A stretch of 64,000 nucleotides of DNA from an uncultured Mycoplasmatota bacterium (GCA_900547775.1 URHW01000003.1:3874-67873), one strand, 5' to 3'. Positions 41,450-52,284 are shown, counted from the stretch's first letter. The notes: generated from the sequence alone by a model not told the origin. Made by a program: numbers and translations.

Positions 41450-42448
41450 GTGAAAGAAATGAAGAAATTATTATCAGGTATTAAACCTACTGGAGAACTT
41501 ACTCTAGGAAATTATATTGGAGCAATTAAGCAATTTGTTAAGATGCAAGAAGATTATGAAAGTTATATTTTTGTAGCAGATCTTCATGCTTTAACTGTTT
41601 ATAATGATCCAGAAACTTTAAGAAGAAGAACAAGAGATATTATTGCAGTATATCTTGCATGTGGACTTAATCCAGAGCATACAACATTATTTATGCAATC
41701 AGAAAATCTATATCATCCCCTTTTAGGATGGATTATGGAATGTAACAGTTACATGGGTGAAATGAGTAGAATGACTCAGTATAAGGAAAAAAGTAAAAAT
41801 AAGAATGAAAGTGCTATTTCTTGTGGGTTATTTACTTATCCAGATTTAATGGCTGCGGATATTTTAATGTATGATGCTGATGTAGTCCCTGTTGGGGTTG
41901 ATCAAAAACAACATGTAGAACTTGCTCGTAATATTGCTGAAAGATTTAATAATAAGTATGGTGATACTTTTGTAGTACCAGAACCAATTATTACTAAGGA
42001 AGGTGCTAAGATATATGATTTACAAGTACCTACTAAGAAAATGAGTAAAACGGCAGATAATGATAAAGGATGCATTTTACTATTAGATGATGTAGATAAA
42101 GCAAGAAAAAAAATAATGAGTGCCGTAACTGATTCAGAAATTATTGTTAAATATGACCCAGAAAATAAACCAGGTATTTCAAACTTAATGACTATATATG
42201 GTAGTTTAACTAATAAGACTTACGAAGAAATTGAAAAAGAATTTGACGGAGCAAATTATGGTACGTTTAAGAAAGCAGTTGCAGATGAGGTATGTAACTT
42301 ACTTACTACTATTCAAACTAAATATAATGAAATAATTAATAGTAATTTAATTAATGAAGTCTTAGATAAGGGACTTGCTAAAACAAATGAAGTTGCATCT
42401 AAAAAATTAAAACAAGTTTTAGATAAGATTGGAATTGGAAGAATGTAA
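41450..42448 (+). CDS. trpS: Tryptophan-tRNA ligase
   Basis: Class I aaRS TrpRS: GIKPTGELTLGNYIG and KMSKT motifs. Confidence 0.9.
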   Translation: MKEMKKLLSGIKPTGELTLGNYIGAIKQFVKMQEDYESYIFVADLHALTVYNDPETLRRRTRDIIAVYLACGLNPEHTTLFMQSENLYHPLLGWIMECNSYMGEMSRMTQYKEKSKNKNESAISCGLFTYPDLMAADILMYDADVVPVGVDQKQHVELARNIAERFNNKYGDTFVVPEPIITKEGAKIYDLQVPTKKMSKTADNDKGCILLLDDVDKARKKIMSAVTDSEIIVKYDPENKPGISNLMTIYGSLTNKTYEEIEKEFDGANYGTFKKAVADEVCNLLTTIQTKYNEIINSNLINEVLDKGLAKTNEVASKKLKQVLDKIGIGRM

Positions 42449-42482
42449 TGTTCTTCTTTTTTTATGACAAGAAAAAACTACA

Positions 42483-43682
42483 TTAATATGTAGTTTCAAT
42501 TTCTTCATTATCGATATTGCCCATAATTGGTTCTAATATTGGATATAGTTTAGAATAAATTTCTTCTAGTTCGTTATCAGTTATTTCATCAAAACTCTTT
42601 GCTGTACTTAAATCAATGTTCGGAATACTAGCACTCTTGTCATACTTAACATTAGTATTAATCGTAACATCGATAGTGCTTCCTCCACTTGTTAATTTAA
42701 TTGTAGTTTTATAGTCGCCACTTATTTTATCTTCTTTAATATTTTGACGTTCTATGCTAAGTTCGGCATTAATCATATCAGTGCTTATTTTTAAGTTTAA
42801 ATTATCTTTACTATATGTTCCACTAATAATAGTAGTTCCAGCACTAATTAAAGTAATATCACCAGAATCTTCACCTGTAATAGTAAGTACCATATCTTCA
42901 ATAGTAAGTTCTTGTTTTACTAACTTATTTTTATTTAGATAGATATCATAAGAGATAACTACTTCATCACTATAACTATCCATTTCTTCTTTAAGATTAT
43001 CAATATCTTCTTTTAAACCAGATTTAACTTCATCTAGACTAGTATCATCATCAGTAAATAAACCTAAAATTTTATCATTATTTTTAATCTCTTCATAGAA
43101 CTTTAACACTAGAGTAGCACCATCTTTACCAGTTAAAGAAATACTAATCTTATCATTATTACTATCTTTAGTTAAAGTAAACTTATCATCAGTAAAGTAT
43201 TCATTTACAACTTTAACTATACTTTTCTTAAGTTCTTTAAAAGCATCTACATAATCAGTACTATCTGATTCCATATTCATATAATAGTACTTATCAAATA
43301 CATCATTTAGTTTAACATAGGCTTTATTATCTTTAAGATATATATTACCTTTTAGGAAATCACTTCCATCTCCTAAAGATATTTCAGTATACTGCTCATT
43401 ATCTTTATGAATATTATTAATATTTAGTTTACCACTAATAACCTCTTCATTATCAGCACTTATCTTAAAATCATTAGTAGTGTTTACTGAATAACCACCA
43501 TCAAATAACTCTTCTAAATCTTCTATATTATTCTTCTCTAAATAATTACTCATCACCTTAACAAATTTAGCTTTAGGTGTAATACTCTTCTTACCATATA
43601 TAAAACCTAAAACCCCAACACCAATAGCAAGCAATACAATTATAACAATTATTAATACATTATTTTTCTTTTTACTTTCCAT
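42483..43682 (-). CDS. Hypothetical membrane-anchored extracytoplasmic protein
   Basis: N-terminal TM; 399 aa. Confidence 0.35.
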   Translation of the reverse strand: MESKKKNNVLIIVIIVLLAIGVGVLGFIYGKKSITPKAKFVKVMSNYLEKNNIEDLEELFDGGYSVNTTNDFKISADNEEVISGKLNINNIHKDNEQYTEISLGDGSDFLKGNIYLKDNKAYVKLNDVFDKYYYMNMESDSTDYVDAFKELKKSIVKVVNEYFTDDKFTLTKDSNNDKISISLTGKDGATLVLKFYEEIKNNDKILGLFTDDDTSLDEVKSGLKEDIDNLKEEMDSYSDEVVISYDIYLNKNKLVKQELTIEDMVLTITGEDSGDITLISAGTTIISGTYSKDNLNLKISTDMINAELSIERQNIKEDKISGDYKTTIKLTSGGSTIDVTINTNVKYDKSASIPNIDLSTAKSFDEITDNELEEIYSKLYPILEPIMGNIDNEEIETTY

Positions 43683-43722
43683 AAATACTCCTTAATTTAT
43701 ATATTTAGCTGTCAAACCATTT

Positions 43723-44523
43723 TTATAGGTCTTTAATACTATCTATTTGTTTTAATAGTTTAAGTATTTTATTTCTAAATTTAATATCTTTTATTTTACT
43801 ATATTCATCTAATAAGAATAGATTATAGTAATAGATTAAAGCATCTATATTATAATTAGATATACTTTTATAGCCGTTTAAGAAGGCTTCAATATCTAGT
43901 AAGTTATCCATAAATAGCATTTTAGGTTTTAGTGCTAGAGCAAAGGCAATATCTTTTTCTTTGATACCAATACCTGCATACTCAAAATCAATTATTCCGG
44001 ATACTCTTTTGCCTTGCCATAAGACATTACCAAAGTGATAGTCACCATGAACAAATGATATAGTACCTTTTACTTCTTCTTTTTTGAAGTTGTTTATTTT
44101 GGAGTCGTCAATTATATTTATATTTCTTTCTTTTGCTTCTAGCATATTGGATATTGGTATGTTATGAATAAGGGCTAAGCTTTTACCATATTCGAATAAA
44201 TAGTTATATCTATAGTAAAAATTTTTTCTTATGATGTAATTTAAGTTATCCCCTTTTATTTTTTCACACACATAATAATTTTTATTGTTGATTTTACCTA
44301 CTTCGTATATTTTAGGTACTTTAAATGGTAAGTCCATTTCATTTAATTTGGTTAGAATATCTATTTCTTTAGTGATATCATTTTTATTAAATCTTTGAAC
44401 TTTGATGATTACAGGTACTTTTTTATTTTCATAAAGAGCACTTGCTTCGATTGTTTCACTTTTAGAAAAGTAATATTTATTAACCTTTAATAGTTCTATG
44501 TTTTTAAAATGTATCTTTCTCAT
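43723..44523 (-). CDS. Aminoglycoside/choline-kinase-fold phosphotransferase
   Basis: HGDYHFGNVLW (Brenner motif) and IIDFEYAGIG. Confidence 0.6.
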   Translation of the reverse strand: MRKIHFKNIELLKVNKYYFSKSETIEASALYENKKVPVIIKVQRFNKNDITKEIDILTKLNEMDLPFKVPKIYEVGKINNKNYYVCEKIKGDNLNYIIRKNFYYRYNYLFEYGKSLALIHNIPISNMLEAKERNINIIDDSKINNFKKEEVKGTISFVHGDYHFGNVLWQGKRVSGIIDFEYAGIGIKEKDIAFALALKPKMLFMDNLLDIEAFLNGYKSISNYNIDALIYYYNLFLLDEYSKIKDIKFRNKILKLLKQIDSIKDL

Positions 44524-44541
44524 AATAATACTATAACATTA

Positions 44542-45273
44542 TTATAAGGTTTTTGAAAGAGTATTAATGCCTTCATTTATTAATTTTGTTGGTTCTTTTT
44601 CTAGTTTCTTTTTAAGGTCAGATACAAAGTTGCTGCTTTGACATGTTTTTTTGATCCAGTTATTTAGGGCTTTTAGTTTTTCTTTATTTGCGCCTTCTTC
44701 TAATATTTGATAGTAGATTACTTTTGCAATTATGAAGTTTAACATGTTGCGGTTTAATTCATTTGGTCTTTTAACGCCAATTTGGTATTTGTCAATATCA
44801 CACATTTTTAAAAATTCTAAATCGTATAAGAAACTGCCTCGGTTTATTTCACGAGCAACTACGCCGGCTTTATTTAGTTCTTCAAAGTCTTGTTCTAAAT
44901 CAAGGATGGCATCTAAAAAGTCTCCATAATAGAAGTCTCCTGGTGAGATGTTAAGTGCTCCAGTTTCTTTGCAGTAATCATGAACAAAAGGCATTGTGTA
45001 TGCGGCAAATTCATCATCTTCGGTGTAAAATGCATCCTCTGGCATAATGATTCTTTTAGTTTTAACATCTTTTAATGTTTCGAATTTTTCTAGAGTCATT
45101 AATCCTTTTTCTTCTCTAATTTTAGGAGTGTATTTTAAGTATTTGATTGCTTTACCATTAAAATGAAAAACATACCCATCATGACCTGCTCCAATACTTG
45201 GTAAGTCAAATATATTGGGTATTGTTAACATTTTAGATGGCTCACTTATTATTCCTACTTTAATATAAGCCAT
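44542..45273 (-). CDS. Hypothetical protein with kinase-like Gly-rich loop
   Basis: IGAGHDGYVFHFNGKAIKY resembles GxGxxG plus VAIK of protein kinases; weak. Confidence 0.3.
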   Translation of the reverse strand: MAYIKVGIISEPSKMLTIPNIFDLPSIGAGHDGYVFHFNGKAIKYLKYTPKIREEKGLMTLEKFETLKDVKTKRIIMPEDAFYTEDDEFAAYTMPFVHDYCKETGALNISPGDFYYGDFLDAILDLEQDFEELNKAGVVAREINRGSFLYDLEFLKMCDIDKYQIGVKRPNELNRNMLNFIIAKVIYYQILEEGANKEKLKALNNWIKKTCQSSNFVSDLKKKLEKEPTKLINEGINTLSKTL

Positions 45274-45303
45274 ATTTATCCCCCACTTATGTGGGTTATT
45301 TTA

Positions 45304-46038
45304 TCATATTTGGGCTTGTTTATCAATGTTCTTTTCTTTTAGTTTGATGTGTTTTACCATAAACTCTAAGATTTCTTCGCTTGTACAGTAGTCTTTCATT
45401 GAACTATAAGAACTAATTATGAATTTACGATATTTTTTGATTAGTTCTTTTCTTAACTTAAAGTCCATTGTTTGATATTCTTCGATTATGTAATAACAAA
45501 TAACGTCTAAAACTATCTTGTCATAGTCGATTTTGGTTTCTACACCATAATATCTTAAATCTAAGTTATAAAAAGGAAGATTTAAGGGATTATCTTTTGC
45601 ATAATCAACTGCTGGGCTAATTACTCCTTCCCCATAGTTTGCTACCATGAGAGCTTTAAAATTAAGCCCACCTTTAATATAGAAACTTTTTCCTTTGAAG
45701 TGTATTGGTAAATATAGTTTTTTAGTTTTTGTCCAGTCTATATCTGTAATAAGGTCCATTTCATCTGCTGTAAATGATAGGTCTTCACTAGATATTAATC
45801 TTATATAGCCTTCATCTCTACCCATTATATTATCATCTTCGATTAGTTCGATTGGACTTAGAAATGTACCTAGAAATTTAAAACTTTCACCTAATTTAAA
45901 GTCACTACTTAAAAAGTTATGCCAAATTCTATTTACGATTAGTCTAATATTTTCTTCGGTTAAGTTATCGAAATTTGCTAGTTCTTCACTTGTTAATTCA
46001 TGCATGTAATAATTTAAAATATCTGTTTTTATATTCAT
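45304..46038 (-). CDS. Hypothetical protein
   Basis: 244-aa ORF, no motif. Confidence 0.35.
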   Translation of the reverse strand: MNIKTDILNYYMHELTSEELANFDNLTEENIRLIVNRIWHNFLSSDFKLGESFKFLGTFLSPIELIEDDNIMGRDEGYIRLISSEDLSFTADEMDLITDIDWTKTKKLYLPIHFKGKSFYIKGGLNFKALMVANYGEGVISPAVDYAKDNPLNLPFYNLDLRYYGVETKIDYDKIVLDVICYYIIEEYQTMDFKLRKELIKKYRKFIISSYSSMKDYCTSEEILEFMVKHIKLKEKNIDKQAQI

Positions 46039-46074
46039 TATATCAACCCTTACTATAAATATAGTTTATCATTT

Positions 46075-46320
46075 TTAGAACATATTATCTAGTGTTTTTG
46101 GTACCTTATCTTCTTTTACTGCATTTATTATTTTGTTTTCTAGATTTTTATCTACTTTTTTACCAGTCATTATACTTAACTCACTTATAACATGTCTTAG
46201 AGTTTTTTCGTCTTTTAGACCATTATCGTTAACCATTTGAGCTAGTGAAATAATATCACTTTTTTTTACTTTAGTTTTCTTTTCAACTTTTTTGAATAAT
46301 TCATCATTCACATAAATCAC
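46075..46320 (-). CDS. Small hypothetical protein
   Basis: 81-aa ORF. Confidence 0.3.
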   Translation of the reverse strand: MIYVNDELFKKVEKKTKVKKSDIISLAQMVNDNGLKDEKTLRHVISELSIMTGKKVDKNLENKIINAVKEDKVPKTLDNMF

Positions 46321-46349
46321 CTAGTATAATTTATGCAAGAAAAAAGAAG

Positions 46350-46907
46350 TTACGCACCTTTTGTTCCAGTAACTTCTATATGAACTTTGATGTTTGCTCC
46401 CATATCTGCTGATTGATCGGTATTTGTATCTTTATAAAATAGTTTTAATGTATAAGTATGAACTTTACTACTAGCATTTTTAAATGAACCAGTACCTAGA
46501 GTAACAGATGAACCGGTTATGTCTGTTTCTGGGATATCACTAATAATGGTTCCATTACTTCCAGTGTTTTCACCAGCTAATGTATAACTTATTGGGCTTT
46601 TAAATGTATTATTATCTACAACTAGTTTAACTTCATATGGCATGTTAATTTCTTTTGTCGTGTTAGTTCCGGTTACTGTAAATACTTTAGTAGCAAATGC
46701 TTCATCATTTGGAAGAAGTTTATTGGCAGTTATTTTGCTACCACCATCATAGACTATTTTCATAACTCCAGCATTACTTGTAATACTTGTATTATCTTCT
46801 CCAGCACTCATACCGCTTGTAAAGAAGGCATATGATATTGTTATTCCAATAATTGCTATAATAAGGACGCAAATTATATAAAATAATGTTTTATTACGTT
46901 TATTCAT
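46350..46907 (-). CDS. Stand-alone camelysin/TasA-like protein (family A short member, N-module type II only)
   Basis: SipW-type signal ISYAFFTSGMSAG; colinear with first about 185 aa of A2; lacks conserved C-domain and VR. Confidence 0.65.
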   Translation of the reverse strand: MNKRNKTLFYIICVLIIAIIGITISYAFFTSGMSAGEDNTSITSNAGVMKIVYDGGSKITANKLLPNDEAFATKVFTVTGTNTTKEINMPYEVKLVVDNNTFKSPISYTLAGENTGSNGTIISDIPETDITGSSVTLGTGSFKNASSKVHTYTLKLFYKDTNTDQSADMGANIKVHIEVTGTKGA

Positions 46908-47052
46908 ACTCTCACCTACTATAATAATACAAAATAATTATTTAAAAAGCAAGGCATTATTTTTTACATATGGATATCCAATTGTATTCTATATTTAAAA
47001 AGTTTGCAAATGATTGCAAACTTTTTATAATTTTAGTGTTTTCTTGCAGTTG

Positions 47053-47625
47053 CTATTTGCTCATATCACTGATATCTAGTTTTGTCTCTAGTTTTACTTC
47101 ATCACCTTTTTTAGGAGTAAACTCAATAATAAAGTATAAACCATCTTTAAGAGCATTTATGTTTTCTTTAGAAAAATAATGTTCATTAGATACTGATTCG
47201 ATTACGTTAAATGATGTTCCACCTTCTAGTAGTTTTGTTAAAGATAAAGCTTCCTCATCTTCACCACTTATTACAGATATTGGTGAAAGTTTTCCATCCA
47301 CTTTGACATAATAACCAATTTTATATTTTGTTACCATGATATCTTTTTCGTAGATGAAATCAACATCACTACCTTCAAATATTGCTAGAGAATCGTTTAT
47401 GACTGTTACACCATTTAAGATTCTTACATAATCATTTGTTCCATTAAACATATATGTTTTTGTAGCGTGCATTAGATGATTAATAAACATAAGCAAACCT
47501 ACAATTACTAAGATTAATACTATTAGTAGTGGTTGCCATGAGTTAAAGAAATTCTTTAAAAATTTCAAAAATTTGTTTTCTTGTTTAGTTTCTTGTTCTT
47601 TATTATCCTGCTTTTTCTTTGCCAT
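47053..47625 (-). CDS. Hypothetical membrane-anchored protein
   Basis: N-terminal basic region plus TM; overlaps pbp2B end by 23 nt. Confidence 0.35.
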   Translation of the reverse strand: MAKKKQDNKEQETKQENKFLKFLKNFFNSWQPLLIVLILVIVGLLMFINHLMHATKTYMFNGTNDYVRILNGVTVINDSLAIFEGSDVDFIYEKDIMVTKYKIGYYVKVDGKLSPISVISGEDEEALSLTKLLEGGTSFNVIESVSNEHYFSKENINALKDGLYFIIEFTPKKGDEVKLETKLDISDMSK

Positions 47626-49744
47626 ATAAACCTCCTAAAGTTACTTCTAACATACTAGCACTATCTAATATGGTGCCTTCGGGTATGCTTTGAGCAGTGA
47701 CTTTTCCATAGTCATTCATAGTATAAGATAAATTTATTAAATTTGCAAATGTTCTAACATCACTACTATTCCATCCTATAATGTTTGGCATGACGATTTC
47801 GCTGTAATCGGTTACTAAGAAAATTTTATTTCCGCTTAAAATATTTTCACCTTTTTTAGGATACTGGTTAACTATTTTTTCACCATTTCCAATAACTACT
47901 ACGTTAAGTCCTAAATTAGTTAGTTGATCTTTACTAGCAGTTACATCTTTATTTATATAACTAGTTAGATTAATAATTTTTGATAGGTCCTTATCTGTGT
48001 CTCTAGTATCTAAATTTTTGTATTTAGCAATTGATTCAACAACGGATTTAACCATACTTGCAAAACCACTAGCGCCGCCCATATATTTTTTGGCACTTAC
48101 ATAAATAACATACTCTGGATTATCTTTAGGAAACATTCCTGCAAAAGAACGAATGTTGTTGTAGTTACCACTAGAGTATTTACCATTTGCTAGGGCATAT
48201 TGGGCAGTACCAGTTTTACCAATTAGTCTTACAGAGTCAGTTGCATATCTTTTACCTGTTGCTATTGGGTCATTGGTATTAACCGTTATGTCCATAAGCT
48301 CAATCATTTTGTTTACTGTGCTTGAACTTACTGCTCTACCTATGTCAGTTCTTTTACCTTCATAAGTTGTTTTACCGGTGTTGGTATCAACTATCTTTTC
48401 TATAATATATGGTTTTAGAACTACTCCACCATTTGCAAGACTTGTTAGGGCCTGAATGTTTTGGATTGGTGTTGTTGTCATACCTTGACCATAAGAGATA
48501 CTTGCAAGTTCAGATTCATATATAGCTTCTACTTGACCATTATATTCGTTTGGTAGTTCAATTCCAGTTTTTGTGCCAAAGCCAAACTTTTCATAATAAT
48601 TTAATAGTTTTTCTTTACCTAAAGCTTGCGCTAGATTAACTGCAGCAACATTTGATGAGTATGTAAAACCTGTATCATATGTTATTTTGCCCCATCCAGT
48701 AGTATTCCAGTCACTGATTTTATAGTCATCAACGATAATATTACCAGAGGTGTATTCTTCATCACCTTTATAAATACCTTCTTCTATAGCAGCCATAAAT
48801 GAGTATATTTTCATGGTACTTCCTGGTTCATAAGTATAACTTGTAAGCTGACTATTATAGTTTGTAATATTTAAGGTGTTTGGATTAAATGACGGGATAG
48901 TTGCTGAACCGACAATAGCACCTGTTTTAGCATCGGCGACAGTGATTGAAGCCCACTCTGCTCCGTCTTTTTCTACGGTTGCCATGGCATTTTCTAAATA
49001 CATTTGAATGTTACTATCAAGTGTTAGATAAATATCCACTCCTGATTCAGCCTTTTCTTCATATGTTGGCGTGTTTGCAATTCGATAACCATAAGCATCT
49101 TTTTGATAGGTTATTTTACCATTAGTTCCTTTTAGACTGCTGTTATACTTACCTTCAATTCCCATCTCACCTTCAATTTCATCATTATCATTTTTTTTAG
49201 CATAGCCAATAATATAGGAAGCAAAGTCTCCATATGGATAGTCTCTTTTACTACTTTTTATGAAGTCAATTCCTGGTAAGTCTAAGGCTTCAATTTCTTG
49301 TTTAACTAGTTCAGTGATACCTCTTCCGCCAGGACCTAGTTCAACTTGATAAGCATCTCTGTTTAGTAATGCTAAGATGGATTCTTTAGTCATGTTGATG
49401 AGAGGACTTAGAAGTTCTGCGGTTTTTTCTTTATCTACTACGTGATATGGTTTATCTGGGTCGGTTGTTCTACTTGAAGATAAGTAAGCAATAACTGTGT
49501 AACTTCTAACGTCTTGTGCTAGAACTTCGCCCATATTATCATAGATAGTTCCACGGTTTGCGGTTATTGTTTTGGTAGCAGTTGTTCTTGATAATGCGAA
49601 TTTTTTTAGGTTTACACCATCAACTGTTGGACTTACTGCCACATAAAAAAGTTTGCCTATTATTAAAGCAAATAAAAGGATAACCACAATTAAAGAACAT
49701 GTTTGAAACAATCTATTATATTTTCCTTTAACCATGATTACCAC
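47603..49744 (-). CDS. Penicillin-binding protein 2B (FtsI-like) with two C-terminal PASTA domains
   Basis: Class B PBP motifs (STMK, SSN, KTGT) plus PASTA repeats; dcw cluster position after ftsL. Confidence 0.85.
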   Translation of the reverse strand: MVIMVKGKYNRLFQTCSLIVVILLFALIIGKLFYVAVSPTVDGVNLKKFALSRTTATKTITANRGTIYDNMGEVLAQDVRSYTVIAYLSSSRTTDPDKPYHVVDKEKTAELLSPLINMTKESILALLNRDAYQVELGPGGRGITELVKQEIEALDLPGIDFIKSSKRDYPYGDFASYIIGYAKKNDNDEIEGEMGIEGKYNSSLKGTNGKITYQKDAYGYRIANTPTYEEKAESGVDIYLTLDSNIQMYLENAMATVEKDGAEWASITVADAKTGAIVGSATIPSFNPNTLNITNYNSQLTSYTYEPGSTMKIYSFMAAIEEGIYKGDEEYTSGNIIVDDYKISDWNTTGWGKITYDTGFTYSSNVAAVNLAQALGKEKLLNYYEKFGFGTKTGIELPNEYNGQVEAIYESELASISYGQGMTTTPIQNIQALTSLANGGVVLKPYIIEKIVDTNTGKTTYEGKRTDIGRAVSSSTVNKMIELMDITVNTNDPIATGKRYATDSVRLIGKTGTAQYALANGKYSSGNYNNIRSFAGMFPKDNPEYVIYVSAKKYMGGASGFASMVKSVVESIAKYKNLDTRDTDKDLSKIINLTSYINKDVTASKDQLTNLGLNVVVIGNGEKIVNQYPKKGENILSGNKIFLVTDYSEIVMPNIIGWNSSDVRTFANLINLSYTMNDYGKVTAQSIPEGTILDSASMLEVTLGGLYGKEKAG

Positions 49745-49747
49745 AAC

Positions 49748-50038
49748 CTATTTAACTACAATTATATTATCATTATTATAATCTAATCCATGTTCTTTTG
49801 CAACGTCTTGAATATTAGAAAGACTAGCAAGTTCGTTTATCTTCATTGCAACACTTTCATTAATGCTTTCTTGTTTTTCAACTTTTCTTTTGATGCGCTC
49901 AAGTTCAATGTTACTTTCTGATAAAGTACTTTTAGAATAAACAACTAAAACTGGGGTGAATACAATTAGTAATGCAATTACCATTATCATTAGTCTATCG
50001 ACGCCACATAATTTTACCCTTTTTCTTGTCTTTTTCAT
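49748..50038 (-). CDS. ftsL: Cell division protein FtsL
   Basis: 96 aa, TM plus coiled coil, between rsmH and pbp2B. Confidence 0.7.
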   Translation of the reverse strand: MKKTRKRVKLCGVDRLMIMVIALLIVFTPVLVVYSKSTLSESNIELERIKRKVEKQESINESVAMKINELASLSNIQDVAKEHGLDYNNDNIIVVK

Positions 50039-50961
50039 TATAACCTCTCTATTATTCTTAATTTAGCACTTCTTGATCTGCTATTTTCTGCAAGTTCTTC
50101 TTTGCTCGGAAGAATTGGCTTTTTATTTATTAATTTAATAAGTGGTTTATACTCTTCTGGAATGACTGGTAGTCCTTTAACCAGTGGTGATATTTCACTT
50201 AAACTTTTAAATGTTTGTTTAACAATTCTATCTTCTAATGAGTGGAATGTTATTACGCATATGCGACCACCTTTGTTTAAAAGGTTTACTGCATCTTTTA
50301 GGCTAGACTCTAGAATGTTAAGTTCATCATTTACTTCTATCCTAATTGCTTGAAAGATTTGTCTTTCTGGATGTTTTGTTACGAAGTATTTTTTTGGCAC
50401 GCTTTCTTCGATAATTTTAACTAGTTCCATTGTTGTCTCTATTGGTTTATTTTCTCTAGAACTTACAATGTTTTTAGCAATTGGTCTAGAAAAATCTTCT
50501 TCGCCATATTCCCTAAAAATGCGTGTCAATTCATCTAAGGAGTAGTTATTTACAACATCTTTAGCGGTAAGTTTCCCATTTTTATCCATACGCATATCTA
50601 ATGCTGCGTCACTCATGAATGAGAAACCACGTTCTTTTTCATCAATCTGCGGACTAGATAATCCTAAATCAAAGACAAAGCCGTCTACTCCGTTTATGTT
50701 TTCACTTAATAAATGTTCTTTCAAGTCTTTAAAATTACTATAAAATATTTTAAAATTATCCCCAATTTGTGATAGTTCTTTGGTGCTGTAACTTATTGCA
50801 TCAGTATCTTGATCAAAGGCGAAAAGAAAGCCCCTTTTTATTCTTTTTAAGATTTCTTTAGAATCGCCAGCATAACCAAGAGTAGCATCAACATAGATTC
50901 CATCAGGCTTAATGTTTAATCCTTCAATAAGTTCGTTTTTAAGTACACTATAATGTTTCAT
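50038..50961 (-). CDS. rsmH: 16S rRNA (cytosine1402-N4)-methyltransferase RsmH
   Basis: [32 protein letters not shown] matches RsmH N-terminus; start moved to MKHY. Confidence 0.85.
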   Translation of the reverse strand: MKHYSVLKNELIEGLNIKPDGIYVDATLGYAGDSKEILKRIKRGFLFAFDQDTDAISYSTKELSQIGDNFKIFYSNFKDLKEHLLSENINGVDGFVFDLGLSSPQIDEKERGFSFMSDAALDMRMDKNGKLTAKDVVNNYSLDELTRIFREYGEEDFSRPIAKNIVSSRENKPIETTMELVKIIEESVPKKYFVTKHPERQIFQAIRIEVNDELNILESSLKDAVNLLNKGGRICVITFHSLEDRIVKQTFKSLSEISPLVKGLPVIPEEYKPLIKLINKKPILPSKEELAENSRSRSAKLRIIERL

Positions 50962-51391
50962 AACCATCCGCCTTAAATAGATTTTCTGCCATGTCTGCAA
51001 CAGCTACTTCATTGTCAGTGAAAAACTTCTCCCAGGATTCACTAGACCATATTTCTAATCGGTCATTAGCGCCGATTATAACGCATTCTTTAGTTAAACC
51101 GGCGTAACGAACGAGTGGGGAGGTAATGTTTATTCGGCCCTGACGGTCGAACTCGCATTCTACAGCACCAGATAAGAAGAAACGTGTAAAGTTACGGGCA
51201 TCTTTATTAGTAAATGGTAAGGTCTTTAATTTATATACTATCTTTGACCACTCTTCTAAAGAGTAGACAAATAAGCAGTTTTCAAGACCACGAGTTACAA
51301 CAAATTTTTCACCTAATTCATAGCGAAACTTACTTGGAATAATAAGTCTGCCTTTGTCATCAATGTTGTGATGAAACTCTCCCATTAGCAT
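50948..51391 (-). CDS. mraZ: Transcriptional regulator MraZ
   Basis: [19 protein letters not shown] aligns with B. subtilis MraZ MFMGEYQHTIDAKGRMIVP; start moved to MLMGEF. Confidence 0.85.
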   Translation of the reverse strand: MLMGEFHHNIDDKGRLIIPSKFRYELGEKFVVTRGLENCLFVYSLEEWSKIVYKLKTLPFTNKDARNFTRFFLSGAVECEFDRQGRINITSPLVRYAGLTKECVIIGANDRLEIWSSESWEKFFTDNEVAVADMAENLFKADGYETL

Positions 51392-51519
51392 ATAAAGTCC
51401 CCCACTTTCTTCCACATCATGCCACTGTCTACCATAATATTACAATAATACTATAAAACTTGCAATAGCAAAATTTTAAGAAAATAAAAAAATGCGTTTG
51501 TTTACACATTTTTCGTAAA

Positions 51520-52230
51520 TTATTCTTTGCTTAATGTTTTGCCACCTTCAAGAGATTTTAATTTTGCTCTCATGCTAATTATTAGTTCTCCTAAAGTTTC
51601 GCCTTCGGCTCCACCCTCTATTAGAATTTCTTTGACAAGATCAAGTATTTCTGGATCCCCACCTTCAAGTTCATATCCACGTAATAGATAATCTGTAAGA
51701 GTTAAAGCGGCATCAAATTTAGCATTTTTTTCTTCATCCTGGTCAAGTTCTTCCTTGACTTCTAAACTCTTTTTAATTTTTATGTTAATTGTATTTTGGT
51801 AGTTTTCGATTCTCCTAACTAGTTTTGTACCTCTACTTGATATTGCTAGAACGTAATCGTTGGTTTCTTGGTGCGCATAATCAGCACCGATTAGTAATCT
51901 GTACTCGATTAGTTCTAAAAAGATTGCAAAAAATGGACTACCTAAAAGAAATAAGATAATGTTTAGCACGGTGCCTATTTTAAATCCAAGTTTAAAGGTT
52001 TTGTAAGTTTGATTTCCTGTTTTAGACATGTATTCAACAGTATCAGCGACTTCATTTATTCCTTCACAAGTATCATTTAACTTGCAATTCATGCTTAATA
52101 ATTCTTCTTTTGTAAAAGTTTTTCCGGCATATAAATTTTCACTTACTGAATCTATTTCTTTTTCTATTTCATCGCAACTTCTGTCTAAAATGTGTAGCAT
52201 ATTTTTTTTACTTATAAATATTTTTTTCAT
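51520..52230 (-). CDS. Family B paralog B1: coiled-coil N-terminus, 2-TM hairpin, C-terminal domain (divergent)
   Basis: Architecture shared with next three genes; own consensus promoter. Confidence 0.5.
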   Translation of the reverse strand: MKKIFISKKNMLHILDRSCDEIEKEIDSVSENLYAGKTFTKEELLSMNCKLNDTCEGINEVADTVEYMSKTGNQTYKTFKLGFKIGTVLNIILFLLGSPFFAIFLELIEYRLLIGADYAHQETNDYVLAISSRGTKLVRRIENYQNTINIKIKKSLEVKEELDQDEEKNAKFDAALTLTDYLLRGYELEGGDPEILDLVKEILIEGGAEGETLGELIISMRAKLKSLEGGKTLSKE

Positions 52231-52255
52231 AATATCCCCATAAAATTGTTCGTAT

Positions 52256-52284
52256 ATTATAACTCGTAAGTGTATTTATGTCAA
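52256..52284 (-). promoter_or_regulatory. Consensus sigma-A-type promoter for B1 (TTGACA-17-TATAAT)
   Basis: Minus-strand TTGACA, 17-nt spacer, TATAAT, about 25 nt upstream of B1 ATG with GGGGA RBS. Confidence 0.6.
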
